A stretch of DNA of 64,000 nucleotides from Phallusia mammillata (lineage: Eukaryota), in contig OZ281494.1 of assembly GCA_965637545.1 (NCBI GenBank), forward strand, positions 2,790,001-2,854,000, read 5' to 3'. Both the position numbers and the translations under genes were made by a program. Under the pieces are notes generated by a model. It did not search any database, had not been told where the DNA came from, and saw only the letters and a program-made list of their open reading frames with translations. Below, in pieces: positions 13,780 to 29,463 of the stretch. Position 1 is the first letter of the stretch. The number at the start of each line of letters is the position of its first letter.

Positions 13780-14979
13780 AGAAGTTCCATCCAAAAAAAT
13801 ATAATCTAAACAAAACTCAATTACTGGTCGTAATTTTTATAGCACCAGCTCCGCACGATAAAGAGTCCCCAAGAAAGTTCTGCTTGATACTCAAACAAGT
13901 TATATGTAAGATTTCCGAATTCACGCAAGCAACTAAGCTTTGATAGACATTGCGTGGAAAACAACGCCCTTTTTGTACAAATTTTTAGAAACTTGTCTGG
14001 CTTTGCAAGGAGATGGTACAGCTTTTTTATTGGATATAGTTTTGATTTTGTAGAACTAATATACGCAGCAAATCATTCGACGTAATTAGAACCAGCCACA
14101 CGATACGAGTAAAATAGATTAACAATCAAGATATAGAACATACAAACTGGTATTATACGAAAAAATCACCATTCTAGTAATTGTTTAAAATTGAAGATAG
14201 GCTGTTTAAAAAGCAACTGGTTTGGTAAGTTAACCGAACTAAGACGTCGTGAACTTCTAAATATCACAGTAAACACAACTTTGCTTACTTAGGTTGTTTG
14301 AGAAGTTTTAAATGCGGCTCATAAACCTGATTTGTTTGTGTAACTACACCAGGAACCGTTGTATGATTTGTTCTGTGTTGCACCAACCGCAACCAACACT
14401 CAGTTTACTGACGTCAAGAATTGTAATCATGATGTTATGTTAGCCATAGTTATGCAAACCTGTCTTTAAATTTTGATTTACTGTGTCAGGTTAAGAGAAA
14501 AGTCAAAGGTCCATCCGTTACAGCAAAACAACAGCGTTTGCCCGAGCGTATTGACACAGGTTGCAAAATAGGGGGGTTGATTTCGTTGGGAGCAAAAGCA
14601 CCCCCTACATGCAGCTAAAAATGGGGGTTTTAAAAAATATGCGCTATACAACTTATTGTTAACAAACAAACTAATAATTTAAACTAATATGAGTAATCAA
14701 ACTTACTGCCGAAAACAACTTTAAAATAAATTAAATCCTTGTTCGGTTTTGCAACAATGTGTACCCCTGAAACTACTTTGGCTTGGCCCCTAGATTTCAA
14801 ACAATACATAAAACACCGGTCCGCCCAAAACCTGCACCATCACTAACCAAATGTACGGGCAGAGGAGTGGTCAAGTATGATTTTAATGTCAAGTTTAGGT
14901 TTGAATGATGCAATAACTGAATTCGAATCAAATCTACAGAAATTGCATGTTTGTTGTTTAGTAAACTGCAGCCATAAAA

Positions 14980-15791
14980 ATGCATAATGTTGTTGTTTTT
15001 CTGCTAACATTGACTGTGCTCTCTGAAAGGAATTTATTTACAGGTATGCAGGTCATACCTTCAAACATAACTAACATATCTTATTTGTAAATTTGGGTTA
15101 TTTTTTGCATTATGTATGCATATGAAAACGTTGTTTTGTGCATTCGGATGTCACTAAACGTATGGCAAATCACAAACTCTAAACAAACTCTAAAGCAATA
15201 TTGTTATTAAACAGATTTTTTTTCACGGGTTTCGAAGCCAGGACACTCCCGGGGACGAATCCCGATCAAGTTTTTTTTTTAAATATCTGTATGTGGGTCA
15301 GGCGCGCCAGACCATTCGGCCAAGTTCCTGCCCAAGTTATTAAACAGATGCACATTCGTCATGTCTTGATCTGCTCAACAACGCCACCGCGCGACCTATG
15401 AGTGGCACTTTGCACGATTCAAGCGGAATTCCTTACCTTGCATACTGCGACATGATCACTAACATGTGAGGTTGGACGCTGATCGCCAGCATCCATGAGA
15501 AAAACATCGAGGAGAACGGATACGACGATTACAAAAATCCAGGTTACTTCGACATCGACGCCGGAGATTTAATGATTTGGCAGACTGGATTTGTTACTTT
15601 GTTTGGTCATTGACATTAGGTTATTGGCAGACTAACATAAATGAACCACCAACCACGTGAATATGAACCGCTTCCTAACTTTTAGTCTTGTAGCCAAATT
15701 TGTTTGCAATTTTAAGTCAACGTTTTCTTCGTACTTTAAAAGGTTATTAACAAGACACCACTGAATAATTGGAGAAAGTCTTCATACCTTC
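14980..15791 (+). pseudogene. ITLN: Intelectin pseudogene C
   Basis: Exon 1 (14980-15043) is intact. A SINE sits at the intron 1 acceptor. Exon 2 (15348-15583) has a TGA, internal deletions and a lost GT donor. Only ~50 nt of exon 3 remains (15743-15791). Confidence 0.92.
15217..15335 (-). mobile_element. tRNA-Leu-derived short SINE, full-length copy
   Basis: Minus strand GGCAGGAACTTGGCCGAATGGTCTGGCGCGCCTGAC (A box) ... GTCCTGGCTTCGAAACCCGTG (B box) plus an A tail. 14-bp TSD gttattaaacagat at 15203-15216 and 15336-15349. Confidence 0.85.
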
Positions 15792-16261
15792 AAAAGTGTT
15801 TGCGATTCAAAATAGTAATACAAAATGTTTTTAGCAAAATAACGTGCATCTATGACCAAATGATGTTGCAAGTTTATGCTGTGAAATAGTTCTATGCAGA
15901 GTTCAGGGTCCAAATCCAATATTTTTTCATCAGAAAGAACGGTGGAAACGGGGACCAAGTAAGGTTTACCGGGAAATAACAACGCAAATGTGGCCAAATG
16001 TGATTCAGGCTGTAAGTCATACAGTTTTATTTAAAATTCAGCCCTAACCCAGGGAACACAGGCCCAACTTTTGTGTTTCAGAACAATCTTTATAGAATCA
16101 TGAGATGAAGGTTAACTTATATCTTGATATACAGTCATGAAATAACGTATATCTTGCTAAACCTGAAACTTGCAATAAGAATCTTTGTGTAAGGAGTTTA
16201 AAGTGAAGCATAAAATCAACAAGTCCCAGAAAGTTTGTTTATTTGCTTCACACGAATGACT

Positions 16262-17480
16262 TTAACGGTAAAACAACATAAAGGTAGTTTCAATCATCAG
16301 CTTGTCGACGCTCAAGCCTACACCAGTTCCAACTCCATTGGCAGCCATCGAAGCAAAATCACCACATTGGCCTAAAACTGCATTGTATCCGGTTGATCCG
16401 ATACAAGCCGCCGGAGCGTCAAGGAAATCGTTGCTGACTTTTACTCCAGGACACAGAGCGTACGCCGCATTTATGTCCTTGTTGAAGCCATAGAAGTGCC
16501 TAAACTACAAACAAACCTTTTACATTTGCAGTTTACCATTTATATATAAGCCATTGCTGCGAGGCATAAAATCAAGTTTGTAGGGGTCTTCTGGAAAATG
16601 TAATTGCCATTTATATGTTATACACTTGGTTAACAACAATCATAAAGATAAGAAATTTCTGAAATGGGGAATTTTGTCAAACAGGCAATTTTACAGCAGC
16701 TAATTTTAACTAAAGGTTTGTTAGGAGAATATTTACTTGAATGTATCCGGGCGTGAGATAAGGTTGAGAATTTGGTCCAAAATGGTGAAGCACATCACCC
16801 ACCGACCCTTTATCAAACACCACAGGTACACTGGGACCGTTGTCATCCGGCCAAGAGTAAACACCAGATTCGACAGGAAACACTTTGTAGAGTGAATACA
16901 AGTTGCCCTTGTCTCCGAACGAGTCGAGAAATCTGTTCTCAGTTCGATATCGCAGGTAGGCAGACTTTCTCCAATTATTCAGTGGCGTTTCGTTAGGAAC
17001 CTTGAAAATACAAAGGAGAAATTGTTTTCATTTTTCAACAGTTCGTATTCACATTGTTGGTGGTTCATTTCTGCTTTTCTGTCAACAACTTAGGTGAATG
17101 ACCAAGCAAAGTAACATATACCACCTGCCAAATCATCAAATCTCCGGCGTCGATGTCGAAGTAACCTGGGTTTTTGTAATCGTCGCTGGTCGCCGACACC
17201 ACGTTACCGAAAGTGTTCATATTCGCCCAAGTGTTTTCACCCCTGGGTAAAAGTGGGGAGTTTTCCTGCTGGCTGGACCACCGGTCTCCCTGGGTGCAAT
17301 GTCCATTCGCCTCGATGTTGTTCTCATGGATGCTGGCAATCAGCGTCCAGCCTCCCCTGTTAATTATCATGTCGCAGTATGTCAAGTAAGGAATTCCATT
17401 TGAATCGTGCAAAGTGTAGACGCCACTCATCGGTTGCTTGGTGGCGTTGTTGAGCAGTTCCAGACATGACGAATGTGCAT
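16262..17480 (-). CDS. ITLN: Intelectin D: exons 2-4 intact (17480-17125, 17000-16737, 16504-16262); exon 1 not resolved
   Basis: Three exons are open and in phase, with GT-AG introns, ending MLFYR*. The only candidate signal exon (17698-17638) contains an in-frame TAA, so the copy may be a pseudogene. Confidence 0.7.
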
Positions 17481-19211
17481 CTGTTCAACCAAACGAATTG
17501 AGTTGCTTTTGATTTTCAAATGTACCAAATAACGTAGCCACATTAATTGTTCATTTGTGAAATTAATACAAACAGTTTTTGATTTTCAATTTCGGTTTGC
17601 AAAGGAACTTATGATGCCTTATGTTTACACATTTGACCTGTATTTCCAGCTCGAGTAAATTATAAGAACAAACCGGTTATTGCGGCTAAACAACACATAC
17701 TGTATTACCGGTACATAGATTTCTTACAGAGAGGACAATCAATGTTAGAAGAAGTACGACAACTTTTTGCATTTCAATACAACCTACAAACTAAAGGACA
17801 AAAATACATTTTTGATTGTTTGTTTCAAGTTACACCACTGCACATTTTTTATCAACATCTTCATCACTTCGTACTACATACGCGGGCACCAATTATTGTA
17901 CAATACTTTTATTTTTCTAGTTCCTCCACTTAGTTTTTCTTGCATTCTAAGCTTCTAGAAGGCTGTTTCTTATTTAAACTACATATATATATATATATAT
18001 ATATGCCAATCGTTGGTATGAGAAAAACTGGCTTAACATAACTTAGCAAAGGGGCAGTAAGTTTTCATGCCTTGTGTGGGAAAACGACCGGCTTATTTGT
18101 ACACCTCTCTGTAGTCTTTGTATTCAAAGTCAACTTGGCTGGAAAACAATACTAACGTTTGTCTGTGACACTTTACAGACACAGCAGGTGAACAGAAGGG
18201 TCTTTAATAAGGACTTGTAAATACCCACTTCTTAATCAAACATTGTTTAATTAAAAGTTGTGCTGTTCAAATTCAACAAACATTGATTCCGTACGCACCA
18301 AAAGTCCTCACAGGTTTTCTTGTAACAATCCAATATTTTCGAAAATATTTGTTTTCACAATTTTAAGTGACCCTGACAACTAGCAAAATATCACGATCTT
18401 GTCATCAGCAATGTTTTATGTGTATGTGTATAATGCACTCAGAAATGTCACTATTGTCAAATTTCGTAATTCACAAGATTTGTGGTCCAATGTTTAGAGT
18501 AAGCAATGTGGTCAATTAAATATTGCACCTATTGTTCCAGTAAAGGAAACAGAAAGACATCTGAACATTCTTTACAGGAAAGGCGATAATTAAATAAGTA
18601 CAGAAACATCCTCCAATTTATTGAAAAGCGAACCAAACTAATGTGAGGCTTTTTAAAAGTTTTTGGTTCCATGACATTAATCTCAACGATTTAACAACAT
18701 GGGGGTTGTTTTCATCTGTTACTGATTGACTCTCCATTCTGGTTTGTACGAAAACAAGGCAATACCGAAATATAAACGTATTGACAGGGCTCGGAATTAT
18801 TTCCAATTGAACCGATGCAAGCCGTTTAAGGGCAACTAAAAACAACTTTTGCTCCATGACACAAGACAGAAATCGTGTTACGAATCCAAACTGCAATACA
18901 AAAATAACTTGGTGTTCAAAAATCAAAACATTCAAAGGTGAATTGTTCTACCAACAAAACAAACACCAAATTATATTGGATTTGATCCTTGACGTCATTA
19001 AACTGAGTGTTGGTTGCGGTTGGTGAAACACAAAACAAATCACTAAGCGGTATTTGGTGTAGTTACTCAAACAATTCAGGTTTATGAGCCGCATTTAAAA
19101 CTTCTTAAACAACCTAAGAAAGCATAGTTGCGTGTACTGCGATGTTCACACATTTACGATGGTCTCTGTCCGACTGACAACAAAGAAACATAACTGATGA
19201 TCAATGAAATT

Positions 19212-19836
19212 TAGTGTAAAAAAACATTAAATCTGTCGCTATGTTTTATTTGTTTTATCAAAACAAATGCATTTCGCTATAAACTGCATCATCAGTGTCT
19301 AAAAACAAAATGGAAAGCGGGATAAAAGCAAAAAATACAAACAACACACAAACCCGACCAACCACAAAAAGCCTTTCTTCTGTCTTACAGGACTGCAAAT
19401 GCAGACCGGCAGGTGTGGCGCTGATAAAAACCACGTTAAAGGGCAAGGAAAAGATAGGGGGTGACCGCGCGACCTTTCTTCAGCACTACCACAATAAACA
19501 TTTCCGACTTTTCCAAAAAAAGTTAGGTATTGCACAATGTTATAATGTGGTTTTTGTAGAGGAACCTCGGACTGAAAAATTTGACGTTTGTGAAAACAAA
19601 TGGCTAATTTTAACGGGCGCCACAATAAATGTTCAAGCGATGGTCCTTCCGGCAGTTCGTTGACTGCAATCGCTTTGTTGTTACAATCGTGTTTGTTTTT
19701 TTCGTTTTGCGCCCTTATTTTTTCCTCGCCTTTTTTCGTGGTTTTTATCAGCGCCATACCTGCCGGTCTAGCGAAATGCATTTGTTTTGATAAAACAAAT
19801 AAAATATAGCGACAGATTTAGTGGTTGTTTACACTG
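19212..19836. mobile_element. MITE with long TIRs inside a 721-bp insertion (19202-19922)
   Basis: A 51-bp near-perfect IR aaatctgtcgcta...catttcgcta (~19229-19281 / ~19769-19819) extends imperfectly to ~70 bp. Additional internal IR ccggcaggt..gataaaaaccacg. The insertion is absent from the paralogue at ~61320-61345. Confidence 0.8.
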
Positions 19837-20248
19837 AATTTTCTTCATATGATTTTAATGACCCTGAATCGTCGCGGTCGTTTTACTTGAAAGGAGATTT
19901 CAATATTAAGAAATAGATTACTACATAACTGATGATATTATTAAACATGTGCTTTACAACATGATATTATATAACTATAAAGTTGTTTGTTTTAATGATG
20001 AAATTGTTGCATGGTTTGTTGCCAAGTTTTCACAGCCGTAGAGTAATATTTATGCTTTCCGTACATACAATTTACGTCCAAAGTTATGTATAGTGGATTA
20101 TTAATATCCAAACGCTGAATTTTTATGTCTTTTATCAACAGCGTGAAAGCGAAACAATGCACCCTCCAGCAAACCTGATAAAATTATAATCACACAACTT
20201 AATTTTGACTATTCAGTGAGTTTTAGTTGGTTTATTGTTTAGAATTAT

Positions 20249-21639
20249 TTAACGATAAAACAACATAAACGTCGTTTCGATCATCAGCTTATCGACGCTC
20301 CATCCTATTCCTGTTCCAACTCCACTGATAGCCATCGCAGCGAAATCACCACAGTGTTTCACGTTGATGTTGTGTCCAGTTGATCCAATGCAAGCGGTTT
20401 CACAAGTTGCGAAATTGTTACTAATTTTCACTCCGGTACAAAGAGCGAATGCTCCTCCCTCATTCCCTCGCAAAGCTCTAAACTACAAACAAAATGAATA
20501 AAGATTAAAGTTTTACTCCGTTATTAGATTTTAAAAGATAACGAGTCAGCCAATAGATGTCAAGTAATATTTAAATAACCATACCCATTATAGCGATGAA
20601 ATTGATCATGTATTTACCTGAATGTATCCTGGTGTAAGATAAGGTTGAGCATTGGGTCCAAAATGCTGCAGCACATCACCCACCGATCCTTCATCAAACA
20701 CCACAGGTACACTGGGACCGTTGTCGTCAGGCCGAGAGTAAACACCAGATTCGACAGGAAACACTTTGTAGAGTGAATACAAGTTGCCTTTGTCTCCGAA
20801 CTTGTCAAAAAGTCTGTTCTCAGTTCGATATCGAAGGTAGGAAGACTTTCTCCAATCCTTCAGTGGCGTCTCGTTAGGAACCTACATTGATTTTACATTT
20901 TTAAATCAAAATACCCTCAACAACATGACCCAGCAGTTTTTAAATTTGCACGTTATGTTGGCTATATAGTTTTCGAATTTTAAGTGCTTCATATCTAAGG
21001 TTTTTTTTAACAGCAAACGACAACAAAATCACTGCTTTATGATAAAGTAACAAATCCCACCTGCCAAATCATCAAATCTCCGGCGTCGATATCGAAGTAA
21101 CCTGGGTTTTTGTAATCGTCGCTGGTCGCCGACACCACGTTACCAAAGGTGTTCATATTCGCCCAAGTGTTTTCACCCTTGGGTAAAAGTGGCGAGTTTC
21201 CCTGCTGGCTGGACCACCGGTCACCCTGGGTGCAGTATCCGTTCTCCTCGATGTTGTTTTCATGGATGCTGGCGATCAGTGTCCAACCTCCCTTGTTAGT
21301 GATCATGTCGCAGTATGCGATGTAAGGAATTCCGCTTGAATCGTGCAAAGTGTAGACGCCACTCATCGGTCGCTCGGTGGCGTTGTTGAGCAGCTCCAGA
21401 CATGACGAATGTGCATCTGTTGACAAAAAGGAACATGCATTTACATATATTCTTATTTATAATATTTTTTGTCTAAAAGTTTTTTTGTACTTGTTAGATT
21501 TACACGTACTCTGTACCTGTTAGATTAACTTGATTATTTGCATCAAGCAAATGCGGTATTCAAACAATCATATACCTGTGAATGGAACTTTTCCACAGAG
21601 CACAGTCAATGTAAGCAGGATAAATGGTAGAATATTCAT
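20249..21639 (-). CDS. ITLN: Intelectin E, intact, ~305 aa; exons 21639-21576, 21416-21061, 20881-20618, 20482-20249
   Basis: Signal peptide MNILPFILLTLTVLCGKVPFT. The 918-nt spliced CDS is open, with GT-AG introns and full intelectin motifs. Confidence 0.95.
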
Positions 21640-23889
21640 GTTCAATTGCGCGAACTAAACAATAATAATGTGTTTACAACTTTGTAAAAAAGGTCTGATT
21701 TGCTTAAGTTGAAGGTAAAAGTTGCTGTTCTAATCTGTCTACGCGATGCTGTCACTAACACAAGAAACATACTTAGAAAGCAGGGACAAAACCATTCCTC
21801 TTGCAACCTGTAAGTAAGGTAATGTCACAAATATATTTTGAGCTATTCTGTCACAATAAATTTCTACTGAGCTGTACCACGCTCTTTTGTTTAAACCACT
21901 TACTTATAACTTTCATGTAATACAGATGTTATCTTTCCTAACATGAACTTCTTCTCGCTTGAATATACTAGTTAGAAGAAAGTTCTCGCTATGACGCAAC
22001 TATTGCTAACACTTGCACCTAATAATAGCGAAGGCATTCGAGGAGTGTAGAAGCAACGATGTGTACACGGTCGCTCTCTATTTATTCAACACTTTATATA
22101 AGTCTATACACATGTTGTTTTGTTAGTATACGAAGTTGCTTTAATGGTTTGCAACGTCATACGAGATAAACATTTGGTTTTATGTAGGTCCTACCTTTTC
22201 GACACATTTATGTGCCGGAAGTTGGAAAGAAATGGATGGATTTGGGACAAAAGAATTATTTTAAACTTTGGCAGTGCAAACAATAAACTATTAAAATATT
22301 TTCTTTGTACTTGGTTGGAGTTTTTTGATGAAAATGTTTTTTGGCCTCTTTATGACCACTCCAAGATGTTTTTCAGTATAATAATCACAAGTTGACGTTG
22401 AAGGTTGAAGGTTGAAGGACACAAACTTTGAAACAATTCCCAACAGTTTTTTTGCATTCTCCAATTTAACTACAACTCTCTTTTTGCACCCTGGTTGTCT
22501 GCAACTAACGCCGATTTACTTGCACAAAAATGTCGTAAAAATAAGTCATGGTAGCTTATAACATTACAAATAGATTTGTTACTCTAATGTTAAACGCATA
22601 GTTTACAAAATTGGGATGCGAAATCCAATCTCCAAAACAACAGCACAAACTAATTTTATTTGTATGTAAACAATACAGGTCAAATACATTCACTTAACCT
22701 GTGAACGACTTCTGTTCCGTTGACCCATTAATTGCATGGTTGTAGGACTTTGAGTAAATTAGGAAAGATTTCCATAAATTTCCATTGGCCACTATGAGAA
22801 TAAATTAGAGTGTAAATAGTGAACAAACTTCCGTAAGAATATTTGTCGTTGACAACAGTCTTGGTCCGGCCCTTAAACCAGTTTTTATCTGGTTTCAAAA
22901 CACAAACAAGTATCCGGGTTTCGTCAAAACAGGAAGACTTCCCAGTCGGAAGACTTCTCAGTGCGCACGTTTGCATCTAATAATAGAAAGTGAATTCAAT
23001 ATTTGTTGAAACGATAAGTGTGCACGCTGCCACCAACTGTTTACCCAACACTTAAAACTTATAAGTCGATAGGCTCACTGTTTCATCATACACGAAGTTC
23101 AGAAGTTCATCGCAGCACGTTGTCAGTGGATAAACAGTATTATATGGTCAATCCCTGTTTATCTGACACGGCAAGTTGGATCTGTGTTTCGCAGTTGAAG
23201 TATACGATTTATTAAAGAGCTCATACAATTTACCACTTAAGGATGGGATATGTTGTTAAATGCAAAAAAAAATGTCGAATGCTTATTAATATAATCATCT
23301 AAACAAAATAAAGCGAATCCTCACTAAACGTTTTTATACAAGAAGCATTAGGAGTAATTAATAAACTGAATGAAAGAGGACATCATTCGTTGCGGGAAAA
23401 AACCTGCCCTAAACTTGACGTTGCCAATTGTTTCTATTAATGTTGTTTCTGTGATTGTTTAAAAGTCAACATTCTAGTTTTGTACGCATTACAAAAGATG
23501 TGTCAGGTACCATAAGGCGAAATGACGGGTGTTTAATTTTATTATACCCAATCGTTTATTTTGAACCCACGACAATCTATTTTTAACATGTGGAATACGA
23601 ATCTGTTGATTTACAGAAATATTTTAAACAACAATGGAGAAAATCAGATTCAGTAAAAATCCAAGCTGGAACGATACATAATCAACTAAATTCCATAAGC
23701 TTTTCAGAAATTATTCTTGATTAACTACGAATAATCATAAATAAAAAATTAAATTAGTTGCTTATTTTACATAACTTATCTTAACGATACAACAACATAA
23801 AAGTTGTTTCAATCATCAGCTTATCCATCCTTCTCCTGTTCCAACTCCGCTGAAAGCCAATGCAGCAAACCACAAAACCTTACATCAAC

Positions 23890-28520
<4,631 letters not shown>

Positions 28521-29463
28521 GGCAGTTGCTTAAAACAGGCAACTAATGCCATTTTTTAAATAATAATTATTTGTAGGTAATCAATTTAACTTTTAATGTT
28601 TCTCTTTAATTCACTTTAACGTGAATCATTTTAGCTTGCATTGTTTTTTTTTAATCTGATTTTCTCCATTGTTTTTTTTATATTTATATTTTTTTATATT
28701 ATATTTCTTTGAATCCACCACCAAGCAAAACTGATTCAAGGAATACAACTTGTCACAGAATGTTGTCATCATTGGCTACTTATTGATGGAGAACAATCAA
28801 CTGATAAAATGATTGAAATCTGTACTGATACTTTCATAATTTTTGTGTCCAGATAATGATTTAATTACTCACAAACCCAAATAAACTAAAAAAAGTTGTA
28901 TTTGTAGTTTCAAATGTGGTTCAAAACACACTTGCAGCATTGCTAGCAGTGTTTAAAATATTTTCATTTCTTAGTGTCCGGCTGATTTGAATAATATAAA
29001 AAGGTAAATCAATCAATCGAGCTTTGTCTTTTTTTTAACCAGTAGGTCATTTTATTTCTTGCCTGCGTCGCAAACATAAGTACACGTGTCTCCGTTTGAT
29101 ATTTTCAAACAACCAGTAGTACCTGGATCGCCCCCGCAAAACCTTGCAACTGCCGTTACCGTATTTTTTACCAACTGAAAACAAATTGACAAGCTTTTGG
29201 GAAAAAACCAAACCTATAGCTGTTTAGGTTTTAAATTTGAAAGCTCAAACCTAGAATAAAGGCCTTTTTTACCTCCTACCGTACATTAGATATGGTAATA
29301 AAAACTTGTTTTGGTTTAGGTCGGTTTCGGCATTAAAAGGAAGTCAAAGGTCGTTAAATAAAAGTTTGAAAAAAGACGGTTGGAGTTTTAATTTCAAACC
29401 AGAAAGAACGATGTTTCAAACACAGCTTTACATACGACTTTTGCGTTTTTTCAAATAAAATGA

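Larger units (their letters stand above)
18317..22640. repeat. Recent segmental duplication unit, paralogous to ~60625-64000
   Basis: Near-identical intelectin gene, introns and upstream region, with more diverged 3' flanks. The unit continues to ~23255 as the paralogue of 1-705. Confidence 0.95.

Noticed and set aside
15217-15335. Functional tRNA gene
   Set aside because: An A-rich insert replaces the anticodon region, the 3' acceptor stem is replaced by an A tail, and it is flanked by a TSD, so it is a retroposed element.
17983-18003. (TA)n microsatellite, and (AAT)n runs near 33437 and 42365
   Set aside because: Ordinary simple repeats in AT-rich DNA.
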